Source: an uncultured bacterium (GTDB lineage Bacteria; Chloroflexota; UBA5177; JANWHV01). From it: DNA of 64,000 nucleotides. The notes beneath the pieces were generated by a model. The model did not search any database. It was given only the letters and a program-made list of their open reading frames with translations, and had not been told where the DNA came from. Shown here one piece after another: positions 19,088-28,681 of the stretch. Positions within the stretch are counted from its first letter, which is position 1. Each line of letters opens with the position of its first letter. The position numbers were made by a program, and so were the translations under genes. Location: contig CAVSOU010000008.1 in the NCBI GenBank assembly GCA_963729625.1, positions 864,001-928,000 on the forward strand, written 5' to 3'.

Positions 19088-19900
19088 ATGGGTGAACCGA
19101 CCAATGATCCGGGCGATCTCAACGAGGAAGCCCGCAGACTGTGGGAGCAGAAGGCCGCCTTCTGGGATGAACGCCTGGAAGCCGGAAATCTCTTTCACCG
19201 GGTGCTCATCGGCCCCGCTACCGAGCGTCTGCTTGCCATCCAGCCGGGAGAAGTGGTGCTGGACGTCGCGTGCGGAAACGGAGCCTTGGCACGCCGGTTG
19301 GCACAGCTGGGCGCATCTGTCGTAGCCGTCGATTTCAGTCAGGCCTTCATCGATCGTGCCAGAGCACGCACTGTAGAGCACGTCGACCGTATCGAATACG
19401 ACATCATCGATGCAACCGACAGCGCGCAGCTCATGGCCCTCGGCCGCCAACGCTTCGATGCCGCGGTCTGCAGTATGGGGCTTATGGACATGGCGGACAT
19501 CGGCGCACTTGGCAGCACGCTGCCCATTCTACTGCGGCACGGTGGGCGTTTCGTCTTCTCGGTCCAGCATCCTTGCTTCAACTCAAATGGGATGGCCATC
19601 GTCGGGGAGCAAGGGCAATTTGGCGACATCTTCACGGCAACGTTTGCGGTGAAGGTGTCGCGATACCTCAGTATTCCGCCGGGTAAAGGCGCAGGCATGC
19701 CCGGCGAGCCGGTGCCGCACTACTATTTTCATCGACCGCTGAGCCAGCTCCTGGGCGTATTCTTCAGGGCGGGATTCGTGCTTGACGGTCTGGAAGAGCC
19801 GCGGCTCGAGGCGGATTCCCAGGGTTCCTCGGCTTTGACGTGGGCAAGCGTGCGCGACATTCCGCCGGTCCTGGTAGCGCGGCTGCAGTTGAGACAATAG
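19088..19900 (+). CDS. Class I SAM-dependent methyltransferase
   Basis: VLDVACGNG, GGRFVFSVQHPCF, FHRPLS. GGAGG RBS. Confidence 0.9.
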   Translation: MGEPTNDPGDLNEEARRLWEQKAAFWDERLEAGNLFHRVLIGPATERLLAIQPGEVVLDVACGNGALARRLAQLGASVVAVDFSQAFIDRARARTVEHVDRIEYDIIDATDSAQLMALGRQRFDAAVCSMGLMDMADIGALGSTLPILLRHGGRFVFSVQHPCFNSNGMAIVGEQGQFGDIFTATFAVKVSRYLSIPPGKGAGMPGEPVPHYYFHRPLSQLLGVFFRAGFVLDGLEEPRLEADSQGSSALTWASVRDIPPVLVARLQLRQ

Positions 19901-19910
19901 CAGCGGCACG

Positions 19911-20642
19911 TCACGCGCTATCAAGGGCCTGGCCAAGAGCGAAAAGCTCGCGAATTCCGCGGTCGGCCAGCCCTATGAGCTCGTTCATGATGGCGACGGA
20001 GAATGGCTTGCCTTCCGCGGTGCCCTGCACCTCAATGAAATCGCCGGCACCGTTCATCACGACGTTGAAGTCCACGTCCGCGCGGCTGTCCTCCTCGTAG
20101 TTGAGGTCCAGACGTGCCTCACCGTTAACCATGCCCACGCTGACCGCCGCTACCGGTGTCAGCAGAGGCGAGTTCGTCAGGACCCGGTCCGCCATCAGCT
20201 TGGCGACGGCCTGCTTGAGCGCCAGGTACGCGCCTGTAACCGCGGCGGTGCGTGTGCCGCCGTCCGCCTGGAGCACGTCGCAGTCGATGGTAAGCGTGCG
20301 TTCACCCAGTGCCTTGAGGTCGACGGCCGGCCGCAGGGAACGGCCGATGAGACGCTGGATCTCGTGCGTGCGACCGGTAGGCCCACCGCGCACAGCTTCC
20401 CGGCCATTACGCGTGGGCGTTGCCCGCGGCAGCATGGCATATTCGGCGGTGACCCAGCCTCGGCCCTTTCCAATCAGCCACGGTGGCACGCGCTCTTCCA
20501 CGCTCACCGCGCACGCCACACGCGTGTCTCCCATTTCAATCAGCATTGAGCCCTCGGCGAAGCGGAAGAACCCCGGGGTCAGGCGCACCGGCCGCAGTTG
20601 GTCGTTCGCGCGATTGGCTGACCTTCGTCCGCCGTTTCCCAT
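19911..20642 (-). CDS. rph: Ribonuclease PH
   Basis: [46 protein letters not shown]. Confidence 0.97.
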   Translation of the reverse strand: MGNGGRRSANRANDQLRPVRLTPGFFRFAEGSMLIEMGDTRVACAVSVEERVPPWLIGKGRGWVTAEYAMLPRATPTRNGREAVRGGPTGRTHEIQRLIGRSLRPAVDLKALGERTLTIDCDVLQADGGTRTAAVTGAYLALKQAVAKLMADRVLTNSPLLTPVAAVSVGMVNGEARLDLNYEEDSRADVDFNVVMNGAGDFIEVQGTAEGKPFSVAIMNELIGLADRGIRELFALGQALDSA

Positions 20643-21091
20643 TACCGTTTCCACTCTCCTCGCCACGCTTGCCGGGGTCGCCCGGCACGCGCAGCAACTT
20701 TCTCGCACGCGTCTCAACGTTGCTTGGACCATGTCGTCAGCGCGCGCGCGTCGCGGCGCCGGTAACGCTTGACAATTTGGTCTGCCGATAATTCAGTTAT
20801 GCCAGAAATCGCTCCGCAACTTCCGCCGCTCGACACCACCTGCGCCCGGCGGATCGCGCCGGCGTCTTATGGCGGCAACGCTACCTGGCTGTTCGATTCG
20901 TTTCAGCCGGTCTATCGCCCGCGGGTGAGAAAGTGGGAGAACGCAGAACATTGTGGGTGGCAGGGAATTGCGCGCTGCGTTCCTCGCGTCCGCCACCTGG
21001 TGCGCACGAAAGAGTGCACGGATGCCGGCTCTCGCATACGATAGTCATGCAGGGTCGCTGCAACGTCCTACTGCGAGAGGAGTGAACGGAA

Positions 21092-23869
21092 TTGCGCTCA
21101 TGCCGCTCATGGCACGTCGGACCGGCGTTGCTGACAGCGCTCATCTTGTTAGCACCATCGAGCATACCGGCGGCGGCCGGGGTGAAACAGACGTCGCCGT
21201 CCACGGCCGGTAGTGCGTGCACTGCGTGGAACATAGTGCCGGGTAACGCCTCCGGCCTCGTGGCGCTGTCCGCTGCCTCAAGCCGCGACGTGTGGGCGGT
21301 AGGGACTATACAGGTCTCGGGTCATGATCAGGGCAGTGTCCAGCATTGGGACGGCACTCGTTGGCAGGTGGTGCCGAGCGTGAATCCAGCCTCGTCGGAT
21401 ACGCGGTTGCTGGGCGTGGCGGCAGTTGCTCGGGCGGATGCCTGGGTCGCCGGTGTGACCTACGCTCTCGGCTCGGCCACTGCTTGGCCGCTCCTGGAAC
21501 ACTGGAACGGCACACGCTGGAGTCGCGTTTCAGGCATTGGCAGCGGGTATGCGCTCAACGCCATTGCTGCCGTGTCCGGATCGGAGGTCTGGGCAGTCGG
21601 CGGACCGGCAAACGGAAGCGGCGGAGCCGTCGCCCTTCACTGGGACGGGCACGCCTGGCACGCGTCGGCATTACCCGCCGCGGGATCGCAGGGCGGCACG
21701 TTGCAGGGCCTGGCTTCCTTCGGCGCTGACGACGTCTGGGCGGTTGGCCAGATCGTCTCGAGCAACGTCAGACCGCTCGTCGAACACTGGGACGGGCATC
21801 ACTGGCTCGTCAGCTCGCTGCCGCCGATCTCCGACCAGATCGCGCGCCTCACGGCCGTGGCCGGCATGTCCGACAACGACCTGTGGGCAGTTGGATACCG
21901 GGGCTCGGGCATGAATTCGTTTGGCAATTCCCTCGTGCTGCACGGGACTGGGTCAGGCTGGCATGTCGTGGCCGGCATGACCGGCGCCCAGCTGGGTTTC
22001 TCCAGCGTCGCGGCAGTCTCGGCCCGCGACATCTGGGTTGCGGGAGGCACGTCGATCGCGCACTGGGACGGAACGCACTGGGCCGACGTCTCCGTGCCCG
22101 AGGGAGGTGCAACCGCACTGGCAGCGATCGGTCCCCGAGACATCTGGAGCCTCGGCGTGCATTTTGCGCGCGATACAGGCTCCTCCTGCTACGCGGGCAG
22201 CATGGCCGTTCATTCCATTGCCATGCCCGACGTAGGCACCCGTGACGGGGGCATGAGCCCGTTGCCTGATGGCCCAGGCGCTCTCTCGCTCGACCCGGTG
22301 CGCAGCCGGGCATACGTGCGTGATGGAAACGGAAAGGTCTCCGTGGTCGACACGAAGAAGAACGCCGTGATTGCCACGTTGAGCCTCGGAGCCTCGGGCG
22401 CGATGGCAATCGACGAGCATAGCGGTCGGCTCTATGTGCCGACAGCGCGCGCGGGCCTCGCGGTGCTCGACGCCGCGACCGGAGCCGCACGCAGTCCGGC
22501 CCTTCCGGCCTCTGCCTCGCCGTCACAGGCCGCCTTTGATGCGACTGCCGGCCGTCTCCTGGTAGCTGAACCATCCTCCGTTGCTATCCTGAACGCGGCC
22601 GGCGCTCTCGTGGCCACGGTTCCGATTAGCAACCCCACGAATCTGGTGGTGGATAGCCGTACGGGCCGCGCGTTCGTTTCCAGCAATGTATCGTCACCCT
22701 ATCCAGGCATGAACGTTGCCGGCCCAGAGACGCGCCTCGTGGTGCTCGATACGGTAACCGGCGCCGTGCTGCGCACTATCGCTGGACTTGGCGGACCTAC
22801 GGCCGTCGACGAGAAGGCCGGCCGGGTGTTTATCGGCTTTGTAGACTCCACTGCGGCTGTGCGAATCAGCCAGCTCGACGCTGCATCAGGCCAACTGGTT
22901 CGAACATACACGGCCGGCCGCGACGGGGATGCGTTCCTGAGCGACATCGTCGAAGATCCTGGTACCGCTACCGTGTTTGCCACGACGTTCTTTGGGTTGC
23001 TGGCGCTCGACCCGACGACCGGCGTATTCCGCGTGCTGGATCGTTCAACCCCGTCCGCTATCGCCGTCGACCCCCGGCATGCGCGCCTGTTTGCAACGTT
23101 TCCCGTCGACCGGAACCACTACGGCGTACCCGTTAGCCCGGGCGAAGTTGCGATGTACGATCAGAGGACCGGCGTGCGTCAGGCGACGATCCGCATTGGC
23201 ATCGGACCTGATGTGGCTGCCGTAGACGGCATCTCCGGCAAGGTCTTCGTTCTTGACACGCACGGTCTCGAAGTGATTGATCCCGGCGCCGTGGCGGCCG
23301 GTAGCGTCATTCAGCCGGCGCCGTCCGACGTTGCGACCGCTCTGCCCGGCGCCAAGTACTTTGCTTCCACGCATCACAATCTCTCCGGACCGTTCCTGGC
23401 GTTCTGGCAGCGCTATGGGGGCCTTGGCGCCCTGGGGAATCCGATCAGTGAGCCCGTCGTGCTGGACGCGCACCTGTCGCAGTATTTTGAGCGCGCCTTG
23501 CTGCGGATTGTGGACGGCACGGTTGTGCCTGCCCCACTCGGCCGCATCCTTACGACAGGCCGCAACTTTGCGCCGGCATCCGCATCCGCGGCCAGTGCCG
23601 GCACGCGCTACTTCGCGCAGACCCGGCACTCGCTAGCCGGGAGATTTCTGACGTACTGGAAGACGCATCACGGCGATGTTTTGCTCGGAGCTCCGATATC
23701 GGAGGTGGCGCTCGAAAGCAATGGCGATGGTACTGGGAGGAAGTATCCAACGCAATGGTTTGAGAACGGGCGACTGGAGTATCATCCAGAGCTTGCCGGC
23801 ACTGCATACGCGGTGGAGGCGGGTCTGGCCGGCGTGCAAGCCATGCACAAACAGAGCTGGTTCAGGTGA
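21092..23869 (+). CDS. Secreted multi-propeller protein with C-terminal Chloroflexota-type cell-surface repeats
   Basis: Signal peptide, repeated VWAVG...HWDG blades, YVTN-like second propeller, two YFxxTxH...FLxxW...G.PISE...Q.FE repeats. GAGGAG RBS. Confidence 0.8.
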   Translation: MRSCRSWHVGPALLTALILLAPSSIPAAAGVKQTSPSTAGSACTAWNIVPGNASGLVALSAASSRDVWAVGTIQVSGHDQGSVQHWDGTRWQVVPSVNPASSDTRLLGVAAVARADAWVAGVTYALGSATAWPLLEHWNGTRWSRVSGIGSGYALNAIAAVSGSEVWAVGGPANGSGGAVALHWDGHAWHASALPAAGSQGGTLQGLASFGADDVWAVGQIVSSNVRPLVEHWDGHHWLVSSLPPISDQIARLTAVAGMSDNDLWAVGYRGSGMNSFGNSLVLHGTGSGWHVVAGMTGAQLGFSSVAAVSARDIWVAGGTSIAHWDGTHWADVSVPEGGATALAAIGPRDIWSLGVHFARDTGSSCYAGSMAVHSIAMPDVGTRDGGMSPLPDGPGALSLDPVRSRAYVRDGNGKVSVVDTKKNAVIATLSLGASGAMAIDEHSGRLYVPTARAGLAVLDAATGAARSPALPASASPSQAAFDATAGRLLVAEPSSVAILNAAGALVATVPISNPTNLVVDSRTGRAFVSSNVSSPYPGMNVAGPETRLVVLDTVTGAVLRTIAGLGGPTAVDEKAGRVFIGFVDSTAAVRISQLDAASGQLVRTYTAGRDGDAFLSDIVEDPGTATVFATTFFGLLALDPTTGVFRVLDRSTPSAIAVDPRHARLFATFPVDRNHYGVPVSPGEVAMYDQRTGVRQATIRIGIGPDVAAVDGISGKVFVLDTHGLEVIDPGAVAAGSVIQPAPSDVATALPGAKYFASTHHNLSGPFLAFWQRYGGLGALGNPISEPVVLDAHLSQYFERALLRIVDGTVVPAPLGRILTTGRNFAPASASAASAGTRYFAQTRHSLAGRFLTYWKTHHGDVLLGAPISEVALESNGDGTGRKYPTQWFENGRLEYHPELAGTAYAVEAGLAGVQAMHKQSWFR

Positions 23870-23912
23870 CGACAGTGGTGCGGCAGGTCAGAGGCCACGG
23901 CAGGAATGAGAC

Positions 23913-24542
23913 GTGACGGAGCGCGCATTTCAGACCTTGCGGCAGACCGGCAGGTCGGAACTGGAGATCAAGCGATCGCGATTCCTGGGACATGCCGAGC
24001 CGGTTGCCGACGAGGGCGCATTTCGGCGGCTGCTGGAGCGCGTGAAGGCAGTCCATTCTGAGGCCAGCCACAATGCCTTCGCCTATCGCCTGGGTCGCGA
24101 TGCCGGCGCTGCCCGCTTCTCGGACGACGGCGAGCCTGGCGGCACGGCCGGCAGGCCTATGATGGAGATCTTGATTCGCGAGGACGTTGTCGACGCGGCA
24201 GTCGTGGTAACGCGATATTTTGGCGGCACTTTGCTGGGCAGCGGTGGGCTCACACGCGCCTACAGCCAGGCGGCTTCCCAGGCGCTGCGCGCGGCCGGCC
24301 TCGTGCGCATGATCCCGCACGCGGAAATGGTGGTCACTCTGGAATACACGCATTTTGGCGCCGTCGAAAAGGCTCTGCAGAGGGCTGGCATCGGTCTGCA
24401 CGAGGCAGCGTTTACCGACGTCGTGACCGTGAAGGCGCGTGTGGCCGCGGGCGGGGAAGCGGCATTCGCCTCCTTGCTTGCGGACCTGACGGCAGGCTCA
24501 GCTCAGGTCGAGATCGGCGGTACGGTGTATCTGGCGGAATAG
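23913..24542 (+). CDS. yigZ: YigZ/IMPACT family protein
   Basis: IKRSRF, HNAFAY, SDDGEPGGTAGRP, VTRYFGGTLLGSGGLTRAY. Confidence 0.93.
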   Translation: MTERAFQTLRQTGRSELEIKRSRFLGHAEPVADEGAFRRLLERVKAVHSEASHNAFAYRLGRDAGAARFSDDGEPGGTAGRPMMEILIREDVVDAAVVVTRYFGGTLLGSGGLTRAYSQAASQALRAAGLVRMIPHAEMVVTLEYTHFGAVEKALQRAGIGLHEAAFTDVVTVKARVAAGGEAAFASLLADLTAGSAQVEIGGTVYLAE

Positions 24543-24570
24543 CCACGCATCCCCGACCGATGGGTGTCCG

Positions 24571-24579
24571 TGCTATACT
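24571..24579 (+). promoter_or_regulatory. Extended -10 (TGCTATACT) for the cobS operon
   Basis: Immediately upstream of riboswitch 1 and duplicated upstream of riboswitch 2. Confidence 0.65.
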
Positions 24580-24602
24580 CGCCCTAACAAGCACCACGCG
24601 CG

Positions 24603-24725
24603 TTCTCAGAGGTGCCGCGGTCGTCAATGCCACGGCGTAAATGGGTAAGTCCGGTGCAAGACCGGCACAGTCCCGCTACTGTAACCAGCCATTCCGGCTG
24701 GGAGTCAGAAAACCGGCCTCTGGGG
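24603..24725 (+). promoter_or_regulatory. Cobalamin riboswitch 1
   Basis: AGGTGC...TAAATGGGTAAG-CCGGTGCAAGACCGGCAC-AGTCCCGCTACTGTAA...GAGTCAGAAAACCGGCCT B12-box pattern, upstream of cobS. Confidence 0.95.
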
Positions 24726-24782
24726 CTTGCTTCATGCCTTCGGAAGAAAGGGCGGCTCGCGATTTCACGCTTTGATCAAGCG

Positions 24783-25529
24783 TTGCGCCACCATGCAGAC
24801 GCGCTGCTCGTCGCGGCAGGCTTTCTGACCGTTGTGCCCGTGCCTGCCGGCCAGTCCCGGAGCCGTACGTCGCTTGCCGAGGCGGTCGCGTACTTCCCCG
24901 TAGTAGGGGCTCTGCTCGGCTCGTTTGTGGCCGGGCTCGATTCTGCGTATGGGCATGTGTTTCCGCGGCCCGTCGCCAGCGCTATGGACCTGATGCTCTT
25001 CGCCGCGCTCACCGGCGGCATGCACCTGGACGGCCTTATGGACTCGCTAGACGGCCTGTTCGGCGGGCACGATCGAGAGCGGCGCCTGGAAATCATGCGC
25101 GACAGCCGGGTCGGAAGCTTTGGCGTGATTGGTGCGCTACAGGTCCTGCTGCTCGAATACGCCGCTCTATCGACGCTGGCCGGCCAACATCGGGCCGCGG
25201 CGCTGATCGCCGCGCCCACACTCGGACGCTGGTCCATGGCGCTCGCCGTGTGGGCCTTTCCCTACGCGCGGGAGACGGGACGCGGCACCGCATTCAAGAC
25301 GGGGCTGAGCGCGTACCACGTCGTGCAAGCCGGCTGCTGGACCTTGCTGATTGTGTCCGCGGTTGGTTGTGCGGGCGTGCGACTGGTCGCCATCACCGCG
25401 GTTGCGGTGCTGATCCTCGGTCGGTGGATTCGACAGCGCCTCGGCGGCCTCACTGGAGATACGTATGGTGCCGCGTGCGAGATAGCCACAGCGTTGACGT
25501 TTGTTCTTTGCGCGGCAGGTGCTGTGTGA
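24783..25529 (+). CDS. cobS: Adenosylcobinamide-GDP ribazoletransferase (cobalamin synthase)
   Basis: FLTVVP, TGGMHLDGLMDSLDG, IMRDSRVGSFG, GGLTGDTYGA. Start is TTG 24783 or ATT 24762. Confidence 0.95.
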   Translation: MRHHADALLVAAGFLTVVPVPAGQSRSRTSLAEAVAYFPVVGALLGSFVAGLDSAYGHVFPRPVASAMDLMLFAALTGGMHLDGLMDSLDGLFGGHDRERRLEIMRDSRVGSFGVIGALQVLLLEYAALSTLAGQHRAAALIAAPTLGRWSMALAVWAFPYARETGRGTAFKTGLSAYHVVQAGCWTLLIVSAVGCAGVRLVAITAVAVLILGRWIRQRLGGLTGDTYGAACEIATALTFVLCAAGAV

Positions 25530-25632
25530 TGCGCGGATCTTGGCGCCGGACCAGGATCACGTGGCGGCTATCAGCCTGCACGTCCCTCCCAATCTCCCGG
25601 TCACAGCCTGGGCGGAATGTGGAGCGTGGCTC

Positions 25633-27378
25633 ATGGGCGAGGTGATCCTGGTTACCGGTGGCGCCAAGAGCGGGAAGAGCCTGTTTGCCGAGCAGTTGGC
25701 AGGCGCCCTTGGATCGTTCATCGTCTATGTGGCAACGGCCGAAGCGCACGACGCCGAGATGGTGGCGCGCGTGGCTCGGCATCGCGCGCGACGGCCTGCG
25801 ACCTGGTTCACCGTCGAGGCGGCTCGCGACCTGCGCAGCGCACTGAAGACCGTGCCGTCGACTGCCGACGCAGTGCTCGTGGACTGCTTGACCATTTGGG
25901 CTTCGAACCATTTGCTTGCGTTGGCCGAGCCCGATACGGCCGGTTGGTGGACTGCGGTGGAGGGCCTGCAGGCGACACTGTGCGACGAGATGGGCACGAT
26001 CATCGATGTGGCTCACGCCGCATCCTGGCATCTGGTGATGGTTACCAACGAAGTCGGTTACGGCGTGGTGCCTGAGACGCCGCTCGGGCGAGCATTCCGC
26101 GACCTGCTTGGCGCCCTCACTCAGCGCGCAGCCACGCTGTCTGATGCGGTGTTCCTCGTGGTGGCTGGGTTAGGAACGGAGATCAAGCGAGCCGCCGTTG
26201 ACGCAGGTGAATACGCGCGGACGGTGCGCCCGCCCGCCAGGTCTCAGCCGGTAACAGTGAATGGAGATGAGATGGATCGGATTCTTGAGGTCGCACGTCG
26301 TATCGGGCCGCTTGATGCGCAAGCCATGGTGGCGGCGCGGGAGCGGCAGGATAGCTTGACGAAGCCACAGGGCAGCCTGGGCCGTCTCGAAGCGCTTTCG
26401 GTCGCGTTGGCCGGCATCACAGGCAAGTCGCGCCCACGCTTTCCGCGCAAGGCCGTATTCGTCTGCGCTGCCGATCACGGCGTGGCAGCCGACGGAGTGT
26501 CTGCCTATCCGCAGGAAGTCACCGCGCAGATGGTCCTCAATTTTGTTCAAGGCGGAGCCGCGATCAATGTGCTCGCCCGTCGTGTCGGGGCGCGTGTGGT
26601 CGTCGCGGACCTCGGCGTGGTAGGCGACCTTCCACCGGACATCGCCATTGAGCGGAGGAAGATCGCTCGCGGCACGCAGAACTTTGTCAAAGGGCCCGCA
26701 ATGAGCGGCGATCAGGCGCGTGCTGCCGTGTGCGTCGGCATCGACCTGGTAGAAGCGGAGCTTCTTCGTGGCCTGGACCTCGTGGCGACAGGCGACATGG
26801 GTATCGGCAACACTACCGCCTCCAGTGCGATCGCGGCTGCGATCACCGGCAGGCCTGTCGCGGAGGTAACGGGCCGCGGCACCGGCGTGGACGACAGCGG
26901 GCTGCAGCGCAAGGTCGCGGCCATCGAGCGTGCACTGGCGGTCAACCAGGTGATTGGCAGCGCTCCACTTGACGTACTGGCGAAAGTCGGAGGGTTTGAG
27001 ATCGGAGCATTGGTCGGGGTGATACTGGCGGCGGCCTCTCATCGGCTTCCGGTGGTCATCGACGGATTCATCTCGGGCGCCGCCGCGCTGATCGCCACCG
27101 AGCTCTGTCCCCAAGTGCGCGACTACCTGATAGCCGCCCACTCGTCCGTCGAGATCGGACATCGCGCCATGCTCGAGCGAATGGGGCTCGCGCCGCTGCT
27201 GAACCTCGACCTGCGGTTGGGCGAGGGCACCGGAGCGGCGATGGCCATGCACCTGATCGACGACGCGGTAGCCGTGCTTGACGAGATGGCGACATTTGCC
27301 GATGCGGGCGTGTCCGAGAAGGGGACCGAGCAGGAAGCGCGCGATACGGAGGGACATAGGGGAGGTCCGGTCGCGTAG
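25633..27378 (+). CDS. cobU-cobT: CobU-CobT fusion (adenosylcobinamide kinase/guanylyltransferase + nicotinate-nucleotide-DMB phosphoribosyltransferase)
   Basis: CobU: TGGAKSGKS, YVATA, HRARRP, VTNEVGYG. CobT from about 26272: LTKPQGSLGRLE, ADHGV, GDMGIGNTT, LRLGEGTGA. No stop between the two. Confidence 0.92.
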   Translation: MGEVILVTGGAKSGKSLFAEQLAGALGSFIVYVATAEAHDAEMVARVARHRARRPATWFTVEAARDLRSALKTVPSTADAVLVDCLTIWASNHLLALAEPDTAGWWTAVEGLQATLCDEMGTIIDVAHAASWHLVMVTNEVGYGVVPETPLGRAFRDLLGALTQRAATLSDAVFLVVAGLGTEIKRAAVDAGEYARTVRPPARSQPVTVNGDEMDRILEVARRIGPLDAQAMVAARERQDSLTKPQGSLGRLEALSVALAGITGKSRPRFPRKAVFVCAADHGVAADGVSAYPQEVTAQMVLNFVQGGAAINVLARRVGARVVVADLGVVGDLPPDIAIERRKIARGTQNFVKGPAMSGDQARAAVCVGIDLVEAELLRGLDLVATGDMGIGNTTASSAIAAAITGRPVAEVTGRGTGVDDSGLQRKVAAIERALAVNQVIGSAPLDVLAKVGGFEIGALVGVILAAASHRLPVVIDGFISGAAALIATELCPQVRDYLIAAHSSVEIGHRAMLERMGLAPLLNLDLRLGEGTGAAMAMHLIDDAVAVLDEMATFADAGVSEKGTEQEARDTEGHRGGPVA

Positions 27379-27427
27379 GCTGGAGTCAGTGCGCGCTCGC
27401 TACAAGGACATGCACGGAGGCTGAACG

Positions 27428-27436
27428 TGCTATACT
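27428..27436 (+). promoter_or_regulatory. Extended -10 (TGCTATACT) for the btu operon
   Basis: Identical to 24571-24579 and at the same spacing from the riboswitch. Confidence 0.65.
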
Positions 27437-27459
27437 CCCCTCACAAGCCCAATATTGGG

Positions 27460-27583
27460 TTCTCAGAGGTGCTGTGGCCGCCAAGACCACGGCTTAAACG
27501 GGCAAGTCCGGTGCGAAACCGGCACAGTCCCGCTACTGTAACCAGCCGGGACGGCTGGGAGTCAGAAAACCGGCCTCTGGGGT
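27460..27583 (+). promoter_or_regulatory. Cobalamin riboswitch 2
   Basis: Near-identical core to riboswitch 1 (CCGGTGCGAAACCGGCACAGTCCCGCTACTGTAACCAGCC...GGCTGGGAGTCAGAAAACCGGCCTCTGGGG), upstream of btuF. Confidence 0.95.
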
Positions 27584-27640
27584 CTGCCAAGCGCCTTCGG
27601 TAGAAAGGGGCCGGTTGCCATGAGCTTTACACCATAGGGC

Positions 27641-27680
27641 AACCCCTTCGTCCACCGTGGACGAAGGGGTTCTTCATTTG
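27641..27680 (+). terminator. Intrinsic terminator in the riboswitch 2 expression platform
   Basis: AACCCCTTCGTCCA/TGGACGAAGGGGTT perfect stem followed by CTTCATTT. Confidence 0.8.
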
Positions 27681-27775
27681 GCGAGAGGTCCTCGGCTGTT
27701 CGTCGCGGGCAGTGTGTGCTCCGCGCCACCCGGCACCCGATAGTGTTGAAGCTCAGCAACTCATGGAGATGCATC

Positions 27776-28681
27776 GTGACCAAGCGATTTGTTTCAGTAC
27801 TGGCTCTGATATGGCTAAGCGCCGGAGCCGCTATCACGCCCGTTGCGGCGCGCACCGCCGCTTCCGCGATTACGGTAGTTGACGATAACCACACGACGTT
27901 GACCCTGGCCTCTCCGGCGAAGAGGATCATCTCTCTGGCGCCAAACGTGACGGAAATCCTCTTCTTCCTCGGCCTGGGCAGCCGCGTCGTGGGTGTCAGC
28001 AGTTACAGCACGTTCCCGCCCGCCGCGACCCACTTGCCGATCGTGATCGATAACGGCGTGCCCAGTATCGAGAAGATCATCGCGCTCAAACCGGACCTGC
28101 TGATCTCGGCGGATATCGTGGGCAAGCCGGTGGTGACCAAGCTGCGCAGCCTGCACCTCAACGTGCTGGCAACCAATCCGCACGACATCCCGGGCATTTT
28201 GCGTGACATCGAGCTGGTCGGCGACGCCGCCGGGATCGCCGATGTAGCGACTCGCGACGTCGAGGCACTGCAGCACCGCATTGATGCCGTCGAGGCCAAG
28301 ACGCGAACCGTCAAGGCCCGGCCTACGGTCTACTACGAGCTTGACAGCACCTACTACACGGTCGGTCACGGCAGCTACATGGATACGCTGATCGCGATGG
28401 CCGGTGGAACAAACGTGGCAGGTTCGATCATCAACCCATATCCGCAGCTGTCGGCAGAGAAGCTGCTGGTCGCCAACCCGCAGTACATTATTCTCGGGGA
28501 CGCGGCATACGGCGTTTCGCAGGCGAGCGTGGCGAAACGTCCCGGCTGGGCGGAGATCGCGGCGGTAAAGAACCACCACATCGTGGCCTTCAACGACGAC
28601 CTGGCTAGCCGGCCGGGCCCGCGGATCGTGGATGGCCTGGAGCAATTGGCACATATCCTGCATCCGGAGTTGTTCCGGTGA
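27776..28681 (+). CDS. btuF: Cobalamin ABC transporter substrate-binding protein
   Basis: Signal peptide, RIISLAPNVTEIL, EKIIALKPDL, SRPGPRIVDGLE. Under a B12 riboswitch. Confidence 0.9.
   Translation: MTKRFVSVLALIWLSAGAAITPVAARTAASAITVVDDNHTTLTLASPAKRIISLAPNVTEILFFLGLGSRVVGVSSYSTFPPAATHLPIVIDNGVPSIEKIIALKPDLLISADIVGKPVVTKLRSLHLNVLATNPHDIPGILRDIELVGDAAGIADVATRDVEALQHRIDAVEAKTRTVKARPTVYYELDSTYYTVGHGSYMDTLIAMAGGTNVAGSIINPYPQLSAEKLLVANPQYIILGDAAYGVSQASVAKRPGWAEIAAVKNHHIVAFNDDLASRPGPRIVDGLEQLAHILHPELFR

Noticed and set aside
24612-24761. N-terminal extension of cobS in the ORF track
   Set aside because: It runs through the riboswitch aptamer, so it is non-coding.
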